A DNA stretch of 63,760 bases, filler included, from Asterionella formosa (taxonomy: Eukaryota), in assembly GCA_002256025.1 (NCBI GenBank). It is 14 parts of 14 records of this genome, joined end to end, with 100 filler letters (N's around TTAATTAATTAA, not from the genome) between each part and the next. Parts side by side here need not be neighbours in the genome. Positions count along the whole stretch, not along the records: positions 1 to 16,971 come from NKIB01004642.1; 13 more parts are not named here. The stretch is one strand, 5' to 3'. A model generated the notes under the pieces. The model did no database searches. It saw nothing but the letters and a program-made list of their open reading frames with translations, and had not been told where the DNA came from. Position 1 is the stretch's first letter, and each line of letters opens with the position of its first letter. Shown piece after piece: positions 1 to 11,281 of the stretch. Both the position numbers and the translations under genes were made by a program.

Positions 1-388
1 GCTGTTGGGAAGAGAATGACAGTGCCACGTATGTCTGCAAATTAGAAGTGTCATGTAAGTAGCATCAAGGTATCATGCACCAAGTAGCACAGGATTTTTC
101 GGTTTATGATACATTTGCATGTACATGTATGTATGATCAAATCCTACCATAAGTATGATAATATTATCATACCAGTACTGGTACTTTAAATGATAATATT
201 ATGCATTGTATTGGTTGTCATAATTTGTCAGAAACAATTCCAATCTACAAATAAACATCTTAGATCTACAATGCCAATTATTGGAACAGCCACCATAAGA
301 ATACTACCGGTAGTCAAATATGATCACCCTAATTAATTATTTCGATGGCCCACTATGACAAATTGGGCTACATACATAAACAACTTAA

Positions 389-1642
389 GGTTGCTGCATT
401 TGAACCTCTAGCTAGAGGTAGGGTTTAAAAAATAATATTGAGTCGGACTAATCAAACAGGTACTTTTCACGTATAAAATAGTTATATTTAACGCTCAACG
501 GAGCTTTCACCAATACACACCCTTTCCAAATGCTTACATACAGTCTTCGGACAAAGTAGGGGTGTAGGTCCACTCTATATATCTTCAGTATGTAGGATCT
601 GGTCAGAAACTGCAGAAAGGAACTTCTGTTTTTTTACTATGCTAAAAAGACTCGAAAATTCGGGAGAAATCTGTTTATTTGGCATAGTAAAAAAACGAAG
701 TTCCCCTCTGCAGTTTCTTGCCAGAAGTTATATACTGATGCTATTTGAAAGTTACCTATGTATCTAAATCGCCGTCAGACCCAGCCAACGTTTAGCTATC
801 ATCGTCCAAAAACTCGCATCGTCCCAAAACTCGACAAAATCGGCCTTTTCTACAGTCGCCAAAATATCGGAATCACAATTATTAAGTGCCGAAACGTCAT
901 CATCGGAATGGTAGCCGTGTGCCGGAATTTTTATTCCTAAAATCTCCTGTCCAAAAAATCCATTGTAAGTGCCCGCTTCCACATGTATAATATAATTGTT
1001 GAATGTGAATTACATTCCTCTGTTTGATTGGCCTGGTTTGCGAGGTCTTGCAAACCCATACCGGCCACATTGGAAAAAATGTAACATTTTCTTGGGCGTA
1101 CTTACAGTCCGGTTCTATATTCACGACAGGTACCAGTTGATGATCATCATTGAACATAAGCATACCGCTCCTTGAGTGCACTTTCAAATATTTGCTGAGC
1201 CGCCGGGTCGTATACGTGACACATAGTCGTCGATTGGAGTATAGATTGTAGTACTGGTGTATGCACATGAAGCGATGTAGAATCTAAATAGATATAAATA
1301 TGTATATATATATGTGCATTAAATGATTTGAATATGTCGAACTGATTCAATGGATAGCATATAAATCGCTAATTGGAGTATAGAGTGTCCATGCGCACAC
1401 ATGTTGATTGTATTTTTAGCGTATACCGGTATATACATACAGGAGCAACTAAGAGTGTCTAAATATATATCTAGCGATTTCGACAAGGAATCTATGTACA
1501 TATTCGCAAATTTCCACTGATTAAAATATTTCAAATGGAATCACGTCATTCAAAAATAGCTAACTAAATTCTTAATTCCAGGGAATTGTGGAAACCCTGA
1601 GCAATAATATAATTTTTGCCTAGGTTTTCAAATGCAGCAACC
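389..1642. mobile_element. Non-autonomous Kolobok-like DNA transposon (complete copy, 1254 bp)
   Basis: Perfect 16-bp TIR GGTTGCTGCATTTGAA at 389 and its reverse complement ending at 1642. TTAA flanks both sides (385-388, 1643-1646). Colinear homologue at about 20483-21490. A TTAA target with purine-purine (GG) termini fits Kolobok rather than piggyBac (CC). Confidence 0.85.
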
Positions 1643-1909
1643 TTAAGGGTATGACATCAAATATAAAATGTCATCCATCATAGAATAAAAATGATAGGAG
1701 TGAACTAAGATAGTTTCAACAACTTCCATAAACTTTTATAAACCCACATAAATTTTGGGGCAAACTAACAATATGTTGTGTGCCTGATCATTTAATTTCT
1801 GTATCAACAGCCACAATTATTGTTCGCAGCAATCAACTGTAATTTCTATGAAGAGCAAAGTAAAATGGCAATGCTATAGCAATATTAATGTTGTTGTCAT
1901 ATCCATTCA

Positions 1910-2020
1910 GGGGAATTTCTTCATGGTTAGCACACCTGTTGCGGGGGCAGGTTCGATTCCTGCCTTTTTCATGTAATCCCTAGGGTTCCGGTGGGTCCGG
2001 CTTACGAAAAGACAGGTCCC
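1910..2020 (+). repeat. tRNA-derived SINE-like short repeat, copy A (partly deleted)
   Basis: B box GGTTCGATTCC followed by CCTGCCTTTTTC...TGTAATCCC...GAAAAGACAGG. Aligns with copies at 12282-12413 (+) and 12055-12177 (-). Confidence 0.7.
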
Positions 2021-2302
2021 GTTGTACTGTATGGACGAATAAAACCAGTACTAATAGTGTTCATTTATTCTTTCGTGGACACGAGTGCGATAATTGGATA
2101 GCTTTAATAATGGAATATAAGATTTGATTGACAATTTTTTGTCATATCTATTCAAACTATTCATATTTACATTATTTGCTGAACAGTATGCTTATTTACA
2201 ACATTATTTTATTTCAAGTAAAACTTTCTATATAAATAACATGCATGTGAATAAATTTTATGTATACATGCATCCACAATCTCGTTGTTGTCATGCTGGA
2301 AA

Positions 2303-2818
2303 ATGGTGGTAACGAAAAGTGCCATTCTCCTGTTGTTCTTTTCAACCTCGGCATGTTCGGCATGGCTGTCCATACCGACAAAGCAAAAGGCGACTGTGTC
2401 CTTCATAAGATCAGAACCAAGTCGTTTGCAGCAGAACGGTAATCGAGCTCTTTTTAGTTCTATGGAATTTGAGTCTGGGGTGCAAGTAGTCTCGTTGGAA
2501 GTGCTCACGAACCATGAAGAAGAGGGATCATTGCTGGCAGTGTCGCTTATCAAATGGTTGGATGCCGAATGGATGCCTCAGGACATTCATGTGACCATGG
2601 GAGAAAGTGCGAAGAAGAGCTACATAGAAGCACGCGAAAATGGCGAATCGGACATCATGAGTGTAATGATACGAGTTGCTGACGATCTCCGCGCCAACTG
2701 GAAAGTATATGAAAAGGAGGCATTTGTCAACGAATGGGATGTCGCCAATTACTGTAGTGACTACTTCACGCAGCGGAGCGGAAATGAGGCATGTGATTGC
2801 TCCACAATGATTTTATAG
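2303..2818 (+). CDS. Conserved hypothetical plastid-targeted protein (cyanobacterial/plant-type family)
   Basis: First ATG at 2303. Hydrophobic signal peptide ending CSA-W followed by a Ser/Lys/Arg-rich transit-like stretch. Core motifs WLDAEWMPQDIH and EAFVNEWDVANYCSD recall a conserved photosynthetic-lineage hypothetical family. Confidence 0.75.
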   Translation: MVVTKSAILLLFFSTSACSAWLSIPTKQKATVSFIRSEPSRLQQNGNRALFSSMEFESGVQVVSLEVLTNHEEEGSLLAVSLIKWLDAEWMPQDIHVTMGESAKKSYIEARENGESDIMSVMIRVADDLRANWKVYEKEAFVNEWDVANYCSDYFTQRSGNEACDCSTMIL

Positions 2819-3440
2819 ATGAAACAGTCGCGAAACAATTACAGCTTGTTATCCTATTTATTCAATCTCAGCATTTACATTTTTCTCGTAGGCTTGTGCA
2901 AAGCTATGATTTGTTGTCTCAACTACCAATCGATTGAATTCAGACCGAAGAGGAAAGGAAAAGCCAAGTGAGCCTTGGTCCACGCTCTGGATCGCTGTCG
3001 CTGCCAGCTAAGATTCCAATTTTTAGCCTGTGCAGAATCAAGCAGCGAGAAATACTTGTCAGACCCTGAAATGTATACATTTAAAAATAATTACAAGTCT
3101 CGAGGTTGTTGATAAATTTCAGTAAAATTGACTTAGCTTTGCAAAATTTCCAGCACAAATAAACTCATGCAAACTTCAGATGCTTTCTTGATGGTCTTAT
3201 CTCATGTTCGATGACCAGCTAGATTATTCATGTACTTTGGGCATTGAGTGGAACATGGAAAGGTACAAATTATGAAGAGACAAACTTTAAGAAATGTTTG
3301 ATTGACAGAAGTCAGCGTATTGATTTAAAGCACAAATTCACATTCGTGCCGTCACACACAAAGGTTAATAATCTACCGCTTTACCTGATGTGCAAAAAAT
3401 GTTCCAACTGCAATCCGTCAGATTCACGTTTAAACAATCG

Positions 3441-5381
3441 CTAGACCATTTCAAACTCTGGATCTATATCATCTGCAGGTTGCTGATCTTCCCCTTCTTC
3501 GTTTGCAAAGCCTCCTTCGTCGTCAAATATTGCTGACATGGCATCGTAGTTTATCTTCCTAGAAATCTTCCGTGCACTGACAGCTGCGAATAAGGCCTCC
3601 TCCGTTGTTTGTTGCAACTCCTCTTGCAGTGTACTTGATTTTCGCTTGCGGCCTCGCTTGTTTAGGTACCGAGCGTGGCCTTCTGCTTGTGCCATTTCAT
3701 CTTGTTCTTTATGTGTCAATGCTGCTTCTTGTTGTTGGCGTTCTGCTTCCTTTCGCTCTTGTTGTTCGAGGTATTCTTTGTTGAGTGAGTTGAAAATAGC
3801 TTCTTTTTGAGCCATCTCCACGTCAGATCTAAACAACGACTCAATACCTTCCACGTGAGCCTCGGGCATGTCAGACTTCCAATGTTGAAGATTCAATTTG
3901 TCTTCATTTAACTGTGTCGATACTTGCAGTTCTTCTTCTGTCGCCTGGTTGGGTAGAACAATGACACGACCGTACTTGGACTTTGGATACATTGATGCCA
4001 GCAGAGGGTTTGGAGCCGTGAGTGCTCCGTCAGCCCGAAGTACAACCTGTTGGTCCTCGGACCGGCCTTCTTCGTCGTCTTGCTGCTCATGCACTTTCTC
4101 TAAGGCCTCGGTTTGTTCCGAATATTTTTCCACGTCAATGTGAGCTTCGTTTTTCGGTCCATTGCCGGCATGTAGTGTTTCCTGTCCTTCATCTCCAGCA
4201 GGCTCATCACTCATTCCTTCGTTTGTGCTTTGTACGGTGCCGTACGTGAGATCTTTCGCTAATTCCATGTATAATGCAGTATGCTCTTCTCGGTTTTTGG
4301 GCTTTCTTCCCCCTTTGCGCCACATTGTAGAATGCTTGCCTTCAGATGGATCGTCCAATGCACCAGATGACAATAGTTGAACGTTACCTTCCTGGATGGC
4401 CCGAGCTCTGGCCTCGCGAATGCGGTTTCTAGTGAAAACTGGAGGATCTGCCTCTGCTTCCAATTCTACAGTATTGAATTGTTCCAATGTCAATGTTGCG
4501 CTCGGTGTCTGTTCAAACTCCTTAACTCGATTCGTCACAGTCAGTCCACACACCCTCAAAATGCGACTCACATCTTGATGATGGCGCGAAAATCCGTGTG
4601 CGCGAGCAGCAATCAACAGAGCGGCAGCGCAAATACCAGCAGGTCGGCGACCTGCGACAATCCAATCTCGCTTCATCCGTCCAACCAGGCGCAGAGCGGT
4701 CAGGGCCACTGCATTGGCTTTGTGGTCCAGATCCAGATGTGCAGCAAATCTGTATACATACAGTGCAGGATCAATAATTTCCAACTTGAGACCGAGCAGT
4801 CGTCTAAATTTCAAGAAACAAGTTCCCAAGGTATACACATTCACTTGCAAGGCATCCGAAAAATCAATCAACATATGCTGACTCTTTTCTTGTCGACATG
4901 CAATATACAAACACGCCGCGACAACATGAGTCGTTCGTCGTCCTTGCACAAAGTTCTTTTCCACGGCAATCGTAAATAAGCGATGTGCAGCATCGACATA
5001 GTGTGATCCCAATCTTAGCCGCGAAGCCACATCTTGAATCCTTCTTCGGCCATTGGCCAGCGTTGTTTCTCTCGAATCTCTGGAGAAGCCGTATCGTCCT
5101 CCTCTCCCCCCTCCAGTGTATGCTTTGCTGCTAGTGGCACTGACAAACTGTCCCACCATGCTGCTTGCCCCACCAGCTCCCTCGACGAATTCTACTGACG
5201 AGACAATGGCATTTTCTTCCACCACGACGCCGCAGTCGGTGCAAATGGAAGCTCCCGAAGCGTCATGCTGTTCTATTTCCTTGGAACCGCAATTGGGGCA
5301 CAACAGTCGGGAGGACTTTGTCGGAGGTGGTGCCACAGCTTCTTCGGCTGTATTTGCAGCGAAGGAGACTGTGCGAGACAT
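3441..5381 (-). CDS. BRF1: TFIIIB subunit BRF1
   Basis: Zn ribbon CPNC...CTDCG, two TFIIB cyclin repeats (FVQGRRT, GRRPAGICAAALL) and C-terminal SRKINYD motif. First in-frame ATG at 5381; the ORF-track start at 5450 is TTG. Confidence 0.95.
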   Translation of the reverse strand: MSRTVSFAANTAEEAVAPPPTKSSRLLCPNCGSKEIEQHDASGASICTDCGVVVEENAIVSSVEFVEGAGGASSMVGQFVSATSSKAYTGGGRGGRYGFSRDSRETTLANGRRRIQDVASRLRLGSHYVDAAHRLFTIAVEKNFVQGRRTTHVVAACLYIACRQEKSQHMLIDFSDALQVNVYTLGTCFLKFRRLLGLKLEIIDPALYVYRFAAHLDLDHKANAVALTALRLVGRMKRDWIVAGRRPAGICAAALLIAARAHGFSRHHQDVSRILRVCGLTVTNRVKEFEQTPSATLTLEQFNTVELEAEADPPVFTRNRIREARARAIQEGNVQLLSSGALDDPSEGKHSTMWRKGGRKPKNREEHTALYMELAKDLTYGTVQSTNEGMSDEPAGDEGQETLHAGNGPKNEAHIDVEKYSEQTEALEKVHEQQDDEEGRSEDQQVVLRADGALTAPNPLLASMYPKSKYGRVIVLPNQATEEELQVSTQLNEDKLNLQHWKSDMPEAHVEGIESLFRSDVEMAQKEAIFNSLNKEYLEQQERKEAERQQQEAALTHKEQDEMAQAEGHARYLNKRGRKRKSSTLQEELQQTTEEALFAAVSARKISRKINYDAMSAIFDDEGGFANEEGEDQQPADDIDPEFEMV

Positions 5382-5636
5382 GCGTTTTGGAATGCTTGTA
5401 TTCGCACCGGTAGTCTTGGTGATGAGGAACGAGGTGAGGGATGTTGCCAACTAGGACTGTGCAACGCACAAGCGAACATATGATACCTTATGGTACGAGT
5501 ACTTATCACCGGTACCTGGTACCGGTACCGGTACTGTAATACATTCTTTCTGATGTGTGGAATAGAATTTACCGGTACTCACCTGCTCCAGATTTACTGG
5601 AGTATCACGGTCTTGAAAAATTACTCCAGCCATACT

Positions 5637-5760
5637 TGGGGTCGTTCTTATCATTTTCGATTTGGTATCATATTTTTTGAAAAAGTATCATGCAACGGCT
5701 ACTCGATTTAAATCGAAAAAATCCATTCTCCACAAAAATAAAAATAAAATTGTATCATCA
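5637..5760. mobile_element. Isolated PIF/Harbinger-type terminus
   Basis: GGGTCGTTCTTATCATTTT...GAAAAAGTATCATGCAACGGCTACTCGATTTAAA matches the reverse complement of the element end at about 32150-32266. Confidence 0.65.
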
Positions 5761-6217
5761 AAAAGTATCACGAAAATTCAACGGTTACGGGCTGGCTACA
5801 AACATGTGCTTTTCCTTCCAGACTACCTGTACATAATGGTACCAAACCAGTCCTCAAACCATGCAAGAAATCTACGCGAATTATGTATATGGATTACTAT
5901 AATCAATGGTATTTGCACAGGTATTTGTTGTAGTCACGTGATCATTTTCGTATTCTATTATCATTTTCGTATTCTATTGCCTAGTACTTTGTCATGAATT
6001 CCCGAATATCAGTACCAGGTACTGGTACCTGTAATTAGATACCGGGTATGTCTCTATGCACATGACTCAATCTGTTCAATTCTCGACTTTGTGGTTGTCG
6101 TTCTTTGGTGTTGTGACTGAACATTGCAACACACGGCCGCTAGAATGATTGTATGGTCCTTCTTTGATGCACACCATAACATGTATATTTTATGTAGATG
6201 TAAGGAAAAGTACTGCC

Positions 6218-6426
6218 CTGCAGGCGTATTTTCGGTTATTTTATTAGTGACAACGGAAATGATACCCGCGTGAAAACGTCAGTATCACTGATACCGTTTT
6301 TGGAGGGGGCAAAAAAAGGTATCAATTTTGTATCAATGATACAAAATTGATACCATCAAGTTACCGTTGCTGATACCGTGTTTTGATACCTACCGTCACT
6401 TTTGGCCCGCAACCCGGAAATGATAC
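6218..6426. repeat. About 200-bp GATAC/GTATC-rich dispersed repeat (probable transposon end)
   Basis: Inverted homologue at about 29545-29726; both copies end at CTGCAGGCGTATTTTCGGTT. Confidence 0.7.
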
Positions 6427-6589
6427 AGCAAATTCGGAATGATAAGAACAACCCTTGAACCACACGTATTTGATTCGTCATTTGTAAAATCAGTACCAAT
6501 GTTACCAGTAGTTTCATGTACAAGTTCAACACAAGGAGCTCCATGCATTTTGCTCTTGCTTGTTGTATGGACATACTGGTACCAGTAGT

Positions 6590-7090
6590 GCACTTTGTCC
6601 TTCTCAAATGATCAGAATGTCTGCAATGTTTCCATTTCTTGGCAGCGGAAGGTTCAAGACTTCCTTGAGCATCCATGGTGACTGCTATACCGGATTCGTA
6701 AGTTCTTCCTCTTTTCTTGTTTAATGGTTTCAAATTGTGCACTATGCTGGATTGCTTTGCTTCGTTGCAATGATTTGTTCGCTTTTTTGTTGTTAACTCC
6801 AAAAGGTTTGTTGTTGGGTTGACATTGTCATCCCCAGCATTTCATATACATCTGACATGTATTTATCAGCGCCTTGTGTCCTCTGCTGCTGTCCTGCAAC
6901 TGATGCTACTCAATAGAGCAGGCTTTGGGAGCCAGCGAAAATTTTGTTTTTTGGACAACCCCTTCCAACAGCATTGTTCATCACTTCATTCATTTGTGTA
7001 TCAATTGGGTGATGTAATGCTTTGAGTTTCTCACCTTCCATCCTTTTGCCAACATTTTCAATTAACCAATCGAACATTTCCTTGTTGTTA
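6590..7090 (-). pseudogene. C-terminal remnant of the Kolobok-like DDE transposase
   Basis: Hand translation FDWLIENVGKRMEGEKLKALHHPIDTQMNEVMNNAVGRGCPKNKIFAGSQSLLY*VASVAGQQ aligns almost residue for residue with FYDWLMFNVAAKVEGEKLLSLYHPFDTQINEAMNNAVSRRCPNNKVFAGSGSLQYRVASVAGQQ in the 36-kb ORF. Contains a stop and frameshifts. Confidence 0.85.
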
Positions 7091-7105
7091 ATAGATGACC
7101 AACAT

Positions 7106-7557
7106 TCATTTGCTACTATGTTTAATCATTTTAGACACTGGTTGGAAACCAGTGTACCCTTCTTTGTGATCCGTATTCTTGAGAAGCGAACAAACCCCCT
7201 TCAGGCAACAATCTGGAAGTTCCATGCGGATGCCTTTCCCCAAGGAGCCACAGAATGTCTTGACAAGAAACTTGTAGTATACAAGGTTTCTTCCTTGACA
7301 AAGCATGACTACATTTTCTTCAAGTCGAAGCTGAACCAAATCCGTCTCCATGTATTGCTCAACTAATTCCTCCAGCTCGTCCCATTGACATTGTTGACAC
7401 TCTTAGCATGCAAAGTCACAAATTCACAGAAGATTCGGTTCCCGCAGCCTTCAACTTCTGACTCAGTAATGGCATGATCAATACAAGTAGGGCACGGAAC
7501 ATGGTTTTATGGAAGAGGATGAGAGCCATTCACTACAGGCAATGCAACAGAACTCAT
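7106..7557 (-). pseudogene. KolX/P2X7-ballast-like Cys-rich ORF (two stops, one frameshift)
   Basis: Hand translation ...CPTCIDHAITESEVEGCGNRIFCEF/CDFAC*ECQQCQWDELEELVEQYM...GRNLVYYKF...GSLGKGIRMELPDCC...YTGFQP. The N-terminal half is homologous to the ORF at 53092. Confidence 0.75.
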
Positions 7558-7640
7558 TGTTGATTGTTGCGTTGCTCGACATTATTTTGTTGCTCAAACA
7601 AGAACCAATATCATATACATAGATTCTCGAGGTATTTATA

Positions 7641-8045
7641 TGTCAAGAATATAAGCCCAAGTCACAAGGATTGTGGACTCAATTGTAATTGAATGAGTCG
7701 AATATTGCATTGCCACATCAATCATCTGTCTAACTAGATCAAAGATTGAAGATTTATATGGAAATGTTAAGTGGAAACTCGAAGAGAGTCTTAGAACGAC
7801 TTTGCGGGAAGCGAAGATGCATGGAAAGGAAACCTTTAGTTTAGCTTATAATTTAATTTGAGTTAAGATTATCAACCAAGGAAACAGAGTGTTAATTGAC
7901 AGGAAGGTCAATTAGTCTATCTAGCAGGAAGGCTAGAAGCAGAGACAAGAGAGAAAGTAAGTGGCACTAGGTAGTACTACAAGCATGTACGAGTCTACAT
8001 GAAGAGAGACCCAGCCCACGGGAAGGAGTACAGACCATTTCAACA
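7641..8045. mobile_element. Solo LTR (405 bp) inserted in the Kolobok-like element
   Basis: Starts TGTC and ends AACA (TG...CA). Flanked by the direct repeat TTTATA at 7635-7640 and 8046-8051. Removing it restores the expected terminus-to-ATG spacing of the host element. Confidence 0.75.
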
Positions 8046-8051
8046 TTTATA

Positions 8052-8305
8052 CTAGCTCAAGTCTATACATGCATTCTGGCGGTGAGTAAAATTATAACTA
8101 CATTGAGCAATGTAGATATAACATAAACATCTTCATTCTTTTTGAAATGGAACTCTGTCAATGTGGAGCCATTTTCTACTCAGTTTAAATATTCAAACAG
8201 GTACTTGCATCATGGGAATACACACAAACAAATTCTGATTTCCACGTCAATTTTACAACCCTAGCGATTTCTTCTTCAAACCAGGGTTAAGCGGGGGCCG
8301 CAACT
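8052..8305. mobile_element. Degenerate terminal segment of a Kolobok-like element
   Basis: ACATTGAGCAATGTAGA and a final AACCCTAGC...GCAAC segment match the reverse complement of 52762-52965 and the right end of 389-1642. Confidence 0.55.
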
Positions 8306-9775
8306 TCAATCAATAACGGGAGTCGTGATCATAGAAAATAAAGTCGTTGAATTTCCTGCCGGATCTTCCCCTTCAGTTCGGCTTCGAGCAGGCCAACATA
8401 TTCAAATTGAATCTTCCATGATGTGAACGGCTAAATGTTTCACAATCTAGATGTTGCCAGCGTATTTACCGCCACATTCGGGAGGTACTGTACAATGTAC
8501 AGCAACATTAGAAATTAATTAGGGACTATGACATGCTTCGAAAGGGAGTGCATACTTTCCAAATCACTGTCGTATTTACCTGGTATCAGGTACTGGTACC
8601 AGGTACTCTGGATTCCTGTACGTGGCCTACAAGAGACTTACTGGTACGGCGACAACCATGAACAGTTTATCTGGTACCGGGGACAGTTCAGTAAAAACGT
8701 CCAAGTTGAATTAGGTTTCCCTAATAGGTATGTAATATTGGTGAAGCATTGATTACAGACACTGTCCTAATTTATATTTCTTGTCTGATGCTTGAAAAGA
8801 ACGAAAGCGACAATTACATGTACTATTTTGAAGACGGTCAAGAATGCCAAAGTTGTTGCAAAGCGAACCCTAAAATGACCGATTTTGTATCCTAACCGTT
8901 ACATTTAGCCACCACAGCAGCATGATGTATGGGTANNNNNNNNNNNNNNNNNNNNNNNNNNNNNNNNNNNNNNNNNNNNNNNNNNNNNNNNNNNNNNNNN
9001 NNNNNNNNNNNNNNNNNNNNNNNNNNNNNNNNNNNNNNNNNNNNNNNNNNNNNNNNNNNNNNNNNNNNNNNNNNNNNNNNNNNNNNNNNNNNNNNNNNNN
9101 NNNNNNNNNNNNNNNNNNNNNNNNNNNNNNNNNNNNNNNNNNNNNNNNNNNNNNNNNNNNNNNNNNNNNNNNNNNNNNNNNNNNNNNNNNNNNNNNNNNN
9201 NNNNNNNNNNNNNNNNNNNNNNNNNNNNNNNNNNNNNNNNNNNNNNNNNNNNNNNNNNNNNNNNNNNNNNNNNNNNNNNNNNNNNNNNNNNNNNNNNNNN
9301 NNNNNNNNNNNNNNNNNNNNNNNNNNNNNNNNNNNNNNNNCTAGTAAACTCTCGCACGATCAACTAACAAACACTGAACACTGTTTGTACTTTCATGTGC
9401 AATCCTATTCCTCCTTCGTGTGCAGGCATTCCTGCCCATGGTCATTCGTTTAAACAATTTCAACGTGACATCGACTTCACATGTATGTACGATGTTCATC
9501 GTCGTTCCAAATGCCTAATACCGGTACTCAAACCGAATTAGATTGGCCGAAATATCACATCGAATAGGATGACTCCTGCTGGCATTCGAGCCAGCGATTT
9601 CTATATCGAACGTCCGAACTTGTATGTGGCATTTGAATAATGCTCCGTAAAAGTGCCTGTAGTTGAGTGCCTCAGAACAATTCTCTATTATATACCGTTG
9701 TAGGTTATGTTAGCGCCATGAGCGAAGAAGACATTCACACGAGCAAGAACGTAGAATCCTACGGCAGAAATAGCT

Positions 9776-11281
9776 ATGGACGAAATTGGAAATGCTCAGC
9801 CATGTCACCAAACCACGTTCGTCTTTATAATTAAGGTGCATTTTCTCGTACACTTGCATGCTATTTTCGACAATGTTAACATCGGTACCTCGTCCGATTT
9901 TCAGCCTAGACATGATGAACTCTCCTCCTTTCTCCGATGGTGGCCCTGATCGCATCGATAATGACCGAATTGGCAGCCACCAAGCTTCTGATGTGCGCAT
10001 GGAAGGTGGTGGAAGGCCTTCTCCAGGATCAATACGCCCTAGCAAGGAAGCAGGCGCGGCTTCCGCCCTTACTAGCCTTGTCAAGAAGCCCACCGTCGAA
10101 GACGTCGGTGAAGACTTCGATCTGCCTCAACGATTCACGAAGAGCGGTCGAAAAAAGGCAATTCCCTTTCCTCTCAAGGTATGTGGTGACTGATCCGTTT
10201 TGCGCTGCATTCGTCGTATTTGACATTCAAATGTAGCTAACAAAGCTTACATCGTTCGTGTGAAAATGCAAACAAACATCTCACAGTTGATGAAGGTGCT
10301 CTCACAAAAAGAATACACTGACATCATTACGTGGCTTCCTGACGGAAAGTCCTTCACCATCATTCGCCCCAAATCCTTCGTCACTGAGATTTTGCCTGGC
10401 TTTTTCAAAAGCTCGAAATACTCTAGTTTCACAAGAAAACTCCATCGTTGGGGATTCCAGCGTCATTTGAGAGGCGAAGATGCGGGTGCATTCTTCCATA
10501 AACACTTTATACGTGGACGTCTTGATCTCGTGGATAAGATGACTTGCCACAAGGATGACGGTTCCTCAATGGACATGCAACGTGCTTGTGTTCCCTCTGT
10601 TAATCATCGGGAAACAGGCGGAGGGAGTAATTTTCCCCGAGACCCAATTGTCAGAGCAGTTGGCACTCCAGCAAACGTCATGTCGCATGACTCCCAGCTG
10701 CAACTTCAGCAGCAGCTCCAGCAACTTCAGCAGATGCAGCAGCAGTTGCAGAGCTTGCAGCAACAACAGCAGCAGAACATTGTAATGCACCAACAACAAG
10801 AGCAGCTCGAACTGATGCGAAGTCAGGTGCAACATCCCATGCAAGCTGGTCAGCGACTGGACAGCAGGGATGTGAATTCTGTCGACCGACTCAATGCCGC
10901 CATAGAACTTGAAGTCAGTCGACGTCTTACTGGGCGTATGCATGGGGGCAACGATCGATTCATTCCCCAATCAATGCCTGTGTTCAACAACTCAGATCGC
11001 CTTGCATTATCACGGCAAGCTCTCGCCATGAACCTTGTGATGCCGTCCCAAGCTCAGCAGTTCAATGTTGGACCTCAATTCAACACCCAATCATTTCAGG
11101 GACTTCAAAATCTGTTAGGTAAGAGACAAGGTTGTTAAATTGAAGTGGCGCTTTTTAATATCTCACATGATGAACGAATGTTCCTTTATGCTCAGGTGGC
11201 CAAGATACTATGAATATTAGACACGGAATTAGTAGGGGAGATGTAATGATGGACAGTGAGGGGCCACTACAGAGGTTCTAA
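9776..11281 (+). CDS. Heat shock factor (HSF) transcription factor with polyQ; predicted exons 9776-9816, 9905-10178, 10287-11118, 11196-11281
   Basis: HSF DNA-binding domain PFPLK|LMKVLS...IITWLPDGKSF...KYSSFTRKLHRWGF is joined by the in-frame GT-AG intron 10179-10286. The first and last exons are inferred from phase-compatible GT-AG sites and are less certain. Confidence 0.88.

Noticed and set aside
4377..4979. 200-aa antisense ORF and similar shadow ORFs over real genes
   Set aside because: They overlap well-supported CDSs on the opposite strand or frame and have no recognisable motifs.
1910..5381. Functional link between BRF1 and the nearby Pol III-type repeat
   Set aside because: The repeats are dispersed; proximity alone carries no information in a eukaryotic genome.
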